30,586 nt of DNA, taken from Candidatus Eiseniibacteriota bacterium. GTDB lineage: Bacteria; Eisenbacteria; RBG-16-71-46. Of this stretch, positions 25,795 through 30,586 are shown piece after piece. Each line of letters opens with the position of its first letter. The first letter of the stretch is position 1. Location: NCBI GenBank assembly GCA_031366735.1, contig JANLOU010000276.1, positions 1 to 30,586 on the forward strand, written 5' to 3'. The notes beneath the pieces are model-generated. The model made no database searches. It was given only the letters and a program-made list of their open reading frames with translations, and was not told the origin of the DNA. Both the position numbers and the translations under genes were made by a program.

Positions 25795-25825
25795 CGAGGC
25801 GGGAGCCGTGCAGGCTCCCGCCTCG
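25795..25825 (-). terminator. Perfect 13-bp hairpin just after the 876-aa gene (mRNA stabiliser or partial terminator)
   Basis: CGAGGCGGGAGCC-N5-GGCTCCCGCCTCG, 8 bp downstream of the stop at 25834; no U-tract. Confidence 0.7.
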
Positions 25826-25833
25826 CAGGTTCA

Positions 25834-28464
25834 TCAGGGGTAGTCGATCCGGACGTTGAAGCGGATGACCGCGGACTGGCCGGGTCCGAGCACGCCGATG
25901 TTGGCCGTGACCACACCCGCCGACCCGTTGGCCGGCACCGTGATGGTGCCCACCGAGGTCGAAGCGGAGACCAAGTTCGACGAGGTCGTGTTGGCCGGCG
26001 TCGCGTCATTGATCACCACCGCGGTCACCGGCGTGGAGCCGATGTTCGTGACGGTGATTTCGTAACGGATGCAAGCCCCCGGAATCGCGCCGGTCGTGAG
26101 GTTCAGCGAAGTGAAGGCCGCGTCCTCGATGCCGTTGCAGTCCCCGTCCAGCGCCTGCCGCTTGCTGATCGTGAGCTGCCCGTTGATGACCGTCGTCCCA
26201 TCGGTGGCCTGAACCAGCGCCGGCACCGGATTGGTGAAGGCGACGTTCGAGGTCGTGGCCGAGATCGTCGTGGTGTTCAGCTGGCCCAGCGGGGCGCCGG
26301 CCGGTGAGAACACCTGCACGAACAAGCGCACACTGGCGCCCGGTGCGAGTCCACCCGCGGCGGACAGATCCGAGAGCGGCGCATCGCCGACATCGTAGAC
26401 ACCACTGCCGTTCGCGTCCCAGTACACAGCCGAACTCCAACCCGCCTGATCATCGGCACGCGAGATGGCGATGAAGCTGCCGACGGCGTTGCCTTCCGTG
26501 ACATTGCCCGTGTTCGACAGCAGGTGGGCATACACCACGAACCCGCCGGGAATCACCTGGGCCGAGTTGTTCGGCACGAGTGCGAGCGAGCGCACGACAT
26601 TCACACCTACCGCATCGTGGATGCGGTCCGCAGAGCCCGACACAGCCGAACGAGCGCGGAAGTACAGCGCCACATCGCCGGCGGGAGTGCCATTGGCCAC
26701 GAACACATCGGCGTACACGAGCGAGTTGCCGCCCGCAGCGATCGCCCCGGTCGAAGTGATGACCGAGTTGGCCGCGTCGCGGAAGGTGACCGTCCAGCCC
26801 GCCGGCAACGACAGCGCGCCAAACGTGTTGTCCGTGCTCGCTGTCATCGCGAAGTTATCCGCCTGAGCGCTGGTGTTGTTCACGACGAGCGTGAAGCGCG
26901 TGGTGGTTCCGGGGTTGGTGGTATTGCGGATCACGGCGATGGCCTCAGGACCTGCACCCGCGCCCGGGGCACCCGGTAGCGGCGTGTTGTTCGTGAGGTC
27001 GACCGTGTTCGCGGTGATCAGCGTGAGCACATCCGTCGCGGTGCGCGACACGCCCGGGTTGGAGACCGAGGTGGCGACCTTATCGACGGAGTACGGCCCG
27101 CCGGTGGCACCGGTCGGCAGCGTCACCTTGAGGATCACGCTGTACGAGGCACCCGAGGCGAGTGGACCCGTGTCCGGGATCCCGTTGGCATTGGTGTCGT
27201 TCAGCAATGCGACACCGTTGCTCTGGTAGAGCTGGTAGGTCCAACCCGCCGGGAAAGTGGCCGTCAGCGTGTTCACGGCGATATCGAACACATCCGAGCC
27301 ATTGCCCGTGTTCACGAGCTGGTTCGTGAAGGTCACCGTCGAACCCTGCAGCGCGCTGGCGATGGTCTGGCCCGTGAAGGAGAACGTCACCGCCTGATTC
27401 ACCGTGAATGGCGCCAGGTTGGTGAAGAACGGTCCCACATTGCCGGCGCCGTCGTTGTAGGCATAACGCGCTGAGTTGTTGATTGTCTGCGGCGCGAGCG
27501 CGGCCGAGACATTCACTTGGAAGGTGAGGCTGCCCGACTGGCCAGAAGGGATGTTATTGATCTGCGCGGTGACCGCACCCGCCGTGGCGATGTTGTAGTC
27601 GAACCGCACGGTGTTCGGGTTGATGCCCTGCGCATCGGTGCTGTCGGCATCGGTCAGCGGCGTGCCGGCGCCCGTTGCGCTCCAGCGTGCACTGCCCGGC
27701 ACATAGGTCATGCCGGCTGGGATGACGTCCGTGATGCGCAGCGCGCTCGCGGCGGCATTACCCGAGTTGGTATAGCTGATGGTGTAGGTCCGCGGGCCGC
27801 TCGGCGAGGCGCCGTTCGACTGATCGATGCCCTTGGTCACGCTGAGCACCGCGTTGCCCGTGACCGTGACGACATCCGTGTTGAACGCGGTCTGGGTGTT
27901 GTCGAAGCTGCTGAGCGCCGAGATCCGCACGCGCGAGAGGTCGCCGCCCACTTGCGTGCCGGGGACGGATCCGACCACGACGAAGCGGTACGCCGCGCCC
28001 GGAGCGAGCGACGGCGTGACGAGCACCGGCGTGAAGTTGTCCGGAACGCCATTGCCATTCGCGTCGATGTAGATGGCGAGGCCCGTGAGGTCGAAGTTGT
28101 CACCCGCCAGATTCGCCAGCGTGAGCGGGAATGTGTCGGCGCCGTTACCCACGTTCGTCAGGATGTGCGGGAACGAGGCCTGGCCACCCGGGGCAGCCGT
28201 GCGCGCACCGTCGGCGGTGAGCGTGAAGCTCGCCACCTGCTGCACGATGGTGGTCACCGGATTCGAAGTGATGGTGTAGCTGTTCGAGGCGGCGTCGGTA
28301 TAGGTCGCCGTCGCGCGATTGCCGATGGGCGTGCCGGCCGGCGGCGCGGCATGAGCTGGCGTCACCGTACCGGTGAGCGTCAGGACCGCGCACGCGACGG
28401 CAATGCCGGTCGTGAGCGGGGACAGGAGGCGCTGGCGGATGCCAGCAAGCTTCGCGGCGTTCAT
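25834..28464 (-). CDS. Secreted DUF11/Ig-repeat protein (predicted fibre shaft subunit)
   Basis: ATG 28464 (GGAG RBS, 7-nt spacer); signal peptide ending PAHA; four Ig-like repeats with L.N.GN..D.F and DxNxNG loops; one complete DUF11 (VTKGID…ITDVIP…INNSA); C-terminal truncated DUF11 (ISKRQ…INDATP…IRFNVRIDYP). Confidence 0.88.
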   Translation of the reverse strand: MNAAKLAGIRQRLLSPLTTGIAVACAVLTLTGTVTPAHAAPPAGTPIGNRATATYTDAASNSYTITSNPVTTIVQQVASFTLTADGARTAAPGGQASFPHILTNVGNGADTFPLTLANLAGDNFDLTGLAIYIDANGNGVPDNFTPVLVTPSLAPGAAYRFVVVGSVPGTQVGGDLSRVRISALSSFDNTQTAFNTDVVTVTGNAVLSVTKGIDQSNGASPSGPRTYTISYTNSGNAAASALRITDVIPAGMTYVPGSARWSATGAGTPLTDADSTDAQGINPNTVRFDYNIATAGAVTAQINNIPSGQSGSLTFQVNVSAALAPQTINNSARYAYNDGAGNVGPFFTNLAPFTVNQAVTFSFTGQTIASALQGSTVTFTNQLVNTGNGSDVFDIAVNTLTATFPAGWTYQLYQSNGVALLNDTNANGIPDTGPLASGASYSVILKVTLPTGATGGPYSVDKVATSVSNPGVSRTATDVLTLITANTVDLTNNTPLPGAPGAGAGPEAIAVIRNTTNPGTTTRFTLVVNNTSAQADNFAMTASTDNTFGALSLPAGWTVTFRDAANSVITSTGAIAAGGNSLVYADVFVANGTPAGDVALYFRARSAVSGSADRIHDAVGVNVVRSLALVPNNSAQVIPGGFVVYAHLLSNTGNVTEGNAVGSFIAISRADDQAGWSSAVYWDANGSGVYDVGDAPLSDLSAAGGLAPGASVRLFVQVFSPAGAPLGQLNTTTISATTSNVAFTNPVPALVQATDGTTVINGQLTISKRQALDGDCNGIEDAAFTSLNLTTGAIPGACIRYEITVTNIGSTPVTAVVINDATPANTTSSNLVSASTSVGTITVPANGSAGVVTANIGVLGPGQSAVIRFNVRIDYP

Positions 28465-28593
28465 GTTCACACTCCGAGGGTTTGGTGTGGACGTGACGAT
28501 TGCTCATGGAGTCGCGCGCGTCCGATGTCAGGGCCGGAAAGGCCATGACGGGACCCGGCGGTTTCGATGGAGGTCGGCGAGAGCGGCGACGCT

Positions 28594-29100
28594 CTAGCGG
28601 GTGTTCGCAGCCACCGCGATCGGCGTGACGCGCACGCGCGCCGTCACCGTGCAGGCCTGCTTCGCGGCCAGCGTGCCAACGGCCCAACGCAGGAAGCGGT
28701 ACTGCGACGCGGGAATCTCGCGAATCACTTCGCGCCCGTCCGCCGTGCGTTCCTTGCGTGTGAGCGGAACGGCGGCATACGAAACGCCGTCGAGGCTCGC
28801 GAACACCACCGTGGGAGCCGCGGTGCGGGGCAGGTACTCGACACCGGCCGGGATCGGCAGCGTGGCCAACAACTGGCGCACGGCACGCTTCCCATCATTC
28901 GTGTAGACGGCACGGTATTCGAGGATCTCGCCGGGCTTGGCCTGTGCGGCCGAGGCGAGGACTTCACGGTTGTTCGTCATGGTCACGCGAGCCGCTTGGA
29001 GCGTGACATGGACATCGCCGTCGGCATACGCCAGTACCGGAGCAAGAAACGCCACGGTCACGAATGCGCACGCAAGGGTGCGCTGGATGATGCGATGCAT
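28594..29100 (-). CDS. Small secreted single truncated-DUF11-like protein
   Basis: ATG 29100 with GGAGG RBS; signal peptide (…PVLAYA); AKPGEILEYRAVYTNDG…LPIPAGVEY…LRWAVGTLAAKQACTVTARVRV. Confidence 0.85.
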   Translation of the reverse strand: MHRIIQRTLACAFVTVAFLAPVLAYADGDVHVTLQAARVTMTNNREVLASAAQAKPGEILEYRAVYTNDGKRAVRQLLATLPIPAGVEYLPRTAAPTVVFASLDGVSYAAVPLTRKERTADGREVIREIPASQYRFLRWAVGTLAAKQACTVTARVRVTPIAVAANTR

Positions 29101-29319
29101 CGCCGAAACCTCCCTGGTGGGTCCGATGAAGCGGACGGACACAATCGGTTCGCGTCGACGCGGACTGCGCCCACGTTCACCGTTCCTAGGCGAGGCACCG
29201 GCGGATCAGAGAAGCGGAAGCGAGATGTGTCACCCGACGCTATGGCTGAGGGGCCAGAAGCCGGGAGTCGGATGCCTGCCACGGTGTGCATCGGCAGGTG
29301 GCCCCCGCCAACTTGAGCG

Positions 29320-29333
29320 GGAATCGCGATTCC
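29320..29333. promoter_or_regulatory. Perfect 14-bp palindrome GGAATCGCGATTCC upstream of the DUF11 cluster (possible operator)
   Basis: Read directly in the cheX to DUF11-cluster intergenic region; function unknown. Confidence 0.35.
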
Positions 29334-29395
29334 GCAATGTCGATGTGGCGGAAAGCACGGCGGTTGCGCGGGCCTTACGCTTGGCGTTCCCGGCC

Positions 29396-29881
29396 TCAGG
29401 CCGCCGCGCGCCCCGCCAATCCGCGGCGGTACACCGTGAGCCGGCAGGTGACGGGCCCGAGCGACAGTTCGACGGTGGCCGTTTCCATGTCGCCCGCCGG
29501 CGTGATCGGTCGTGGGATGAACATGGGCAGCCCCAGGCGCAGCGTCTCGCCGCGACTGGCCATCCTGGACTTCACTTTACCGGCCACGATGTTCATCACT
29601 TCGCTCACGCCATCGACCATATCCTTCTCCGACAAGGTGTCGTGCGAGCCCATTCCCAGCAACGCGCGGGCCAACAGGTAGCATTCCTGAGAGGACATGC
29701 ACAGGCCCAGGTGGATGCTTTCCGACTCGCTCAGGATCGCGATGTAAGCGCCAGGGCGTTCGCCCGTGTCCTTGGCGGGAGTGGGCTTGTTCTCGAAGCG
29801 CCGGGATCCCTGCGCGAAGTCGTCGGCCGCACCCCGGAAGGTGTCGAGCCAGTCCTGAATCGGAATCACGCGGCTTTCCAT
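29396..29881 (-). CDS. cheX: CheX/CheC-family chemotaxis phosphatase
   Basis: DGVSEVMNIVAG matches the D-x3-E-x2-N-x3-G phosphatase motif; LGLPMFI; about 160 aa; overlaps the cheR end. Confidence 0.8.
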   Translation of the reverse strand: MESRVIPIQDWLDTFRGAADDFAQGSRRFENKPTPAKDTGERPGAYIAILSESESIHLGLCMSSQECYLLARALLGMGSHDTLSEKDMVDGVSEVMNIVAGKVKSRMASRGETLRLGLPMFIPRPITPAGDMETATVELSLGPVTCRLTVYRRGLAGRAAA

Positions 29882-30586
29882 CGGTTCGCCTCCTCGAGGG
29901 TTTTCGGGCGCGGGCGGTGGATGACCGTCCTGCCCTGATTCATGGGTTCGAAGGAATCATCCATGGTGAGCGTGGTCTCGCCACCTCCCAGCACCAGCCC
30001 CCCATCGGGCGCGAGCGCGCCGTGCAACTGGCGCAATACGCGTCGGCGCGTGGAGGTGTCGAAGTAGATCAACACATTCCGCATGAGCACGAGATCGACC
30101 GGGGGCAGTATCGGCCACGGGCCGGTGAGGTTCAGTTCGCGGAACTCGACCATGGCGCGCACATCGTCCCGAATGCGCCACTCATTGCGATCCTTGCGGA
30201 AGTAGCGCACAAGCAGTGGCGCCGCCAGACCGCGATTCATCTCGATCTGGCTGTACTCGCCATCGCGCGCGCGGCGCAACATCGTGGTGCTGAAATCGGT
30301 CGCCAGGAGCGTGACCTTCCACTCGAACAGCGCCGGGAAGTGCTCGCGCAGCATCATCGCCAGGCTATAGGGCTCCTGCCCACTCGCGCACGCCGCACTC
30401 CAGATGCGAAGTTCGCGCGTCGCGGCGCGGCGTTGCAGTAGTTCAGGGATCCACAGGGTTCGCAGCGCGTCCCAAGTGTGCAGGTCACGGAACCAGGAGG
30501 TCTCGCAGACCGCCAGCGATTCCACCACCAGCCGGTGGAGCACGCCCCAGGCCTCCTCGGTGCGCAGCGCATCCATGACATGCGAG
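29866..30586 (-). CDS. cheR: CheR chemoreceptor methyltransferase (5' partial)
   Basis: ETSWFRD, LRIWSAACASGQEPYS, ATDFS, MRNVLIYF, LVLGGGE. The frame stays open past 30576 to the window end. Confidence 0.93.
   Translation of the reverse strand, partial: SHVMDALRTEEAWGVLHRLVVESLAVCETSWFRDLHTWDALRTLWIPELLQRRAATRELRIWSAACASGQEPYSLAMMLREHFPALFEWKVTLLATDFSTTMLRRARDGEYSQIEMNRGLAAPLLVRYFRKDRNEWRIRDDVRAMVEFRELNLTGPWPILPPVDLVLMRNVLIYFDTSTRRRVLRQLHGALAPDGGLVLGGGETTLTMDDSFEPMNQGRTVIHRPRPKTLEEANRWKAA

Noticed and set aside
15407-28464. Sortase-assembled pilus or classical chaperone-usher/curli/type V pilus
   Set aside because: No LPXTG or sortase, no PapD-like chaperone or recognisable PapC motifs, no curli repeats, no lipoprotein signal with Arg/Lys propeptide. 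The split-DUF11 pattern fits none of these.
29135-29190. Minus-strand GGAA…TGAA…TGGGCGC…GAACCGA resembling a c-di-GMP-II riboswitch upstream of the fibre cluster
   Set aside because: Too short, and lacks the P2/P3 stems and kink-turn. A cmscan could confirm the rejection.
1-30586. CRISPR arrays, IS/transposases, integrases, tRNA/rRNA
   Set aside because: No regularly spaced repeats, recombinase motifs or cloverleaf/rRNA signatures seen.

Overview
High-GC (roughly two-thirds G+C, estimated by eye) chromosomal window from a diderm bacterium. The Por-tail/FlgD-like C-terminal domains suggest an FCB-related lineage such as Ca. Eisenbacteria, but this is inference only. All 14 credible CDS are on the minus strand. 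In transcription order: cheR (5' partial) and cheX; a four-gene DUF11 cluster (small secreted protein, 876-aa repeat protein, 1786-aa outer-membrane barrel protein, 1637-aa adhesin); a candidate structured ncRNA; a DUF2269 membrane protein; three large secreted proteins with Por-secretion-tail/FlgD-Ig-like C-termini (two paralogous BNR beta-propellers flanking a metzincin protease); and an argR-argC-argB-argD-argG-argH operon (argH cut by the window edge). The main find is that the DUF11 genes carry SPLIT DUF11 domains. An N-terminal Asn-bearing donor segment sits on the barrel protein and the repeat protein, a C-terminal Lys/Asp-bearing acceptor sits on the repeat protein and the adhesin, and the small protein is an acceptor lacking both catalytic residues. 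This is the parts list expected for a head-to-tail, strand-complemented, possibly isopeptide-crosslinked surface fibre (base, shaft, tip, chaperone). No CRISPR array, tRNA, rRNA or mobile element was seen.
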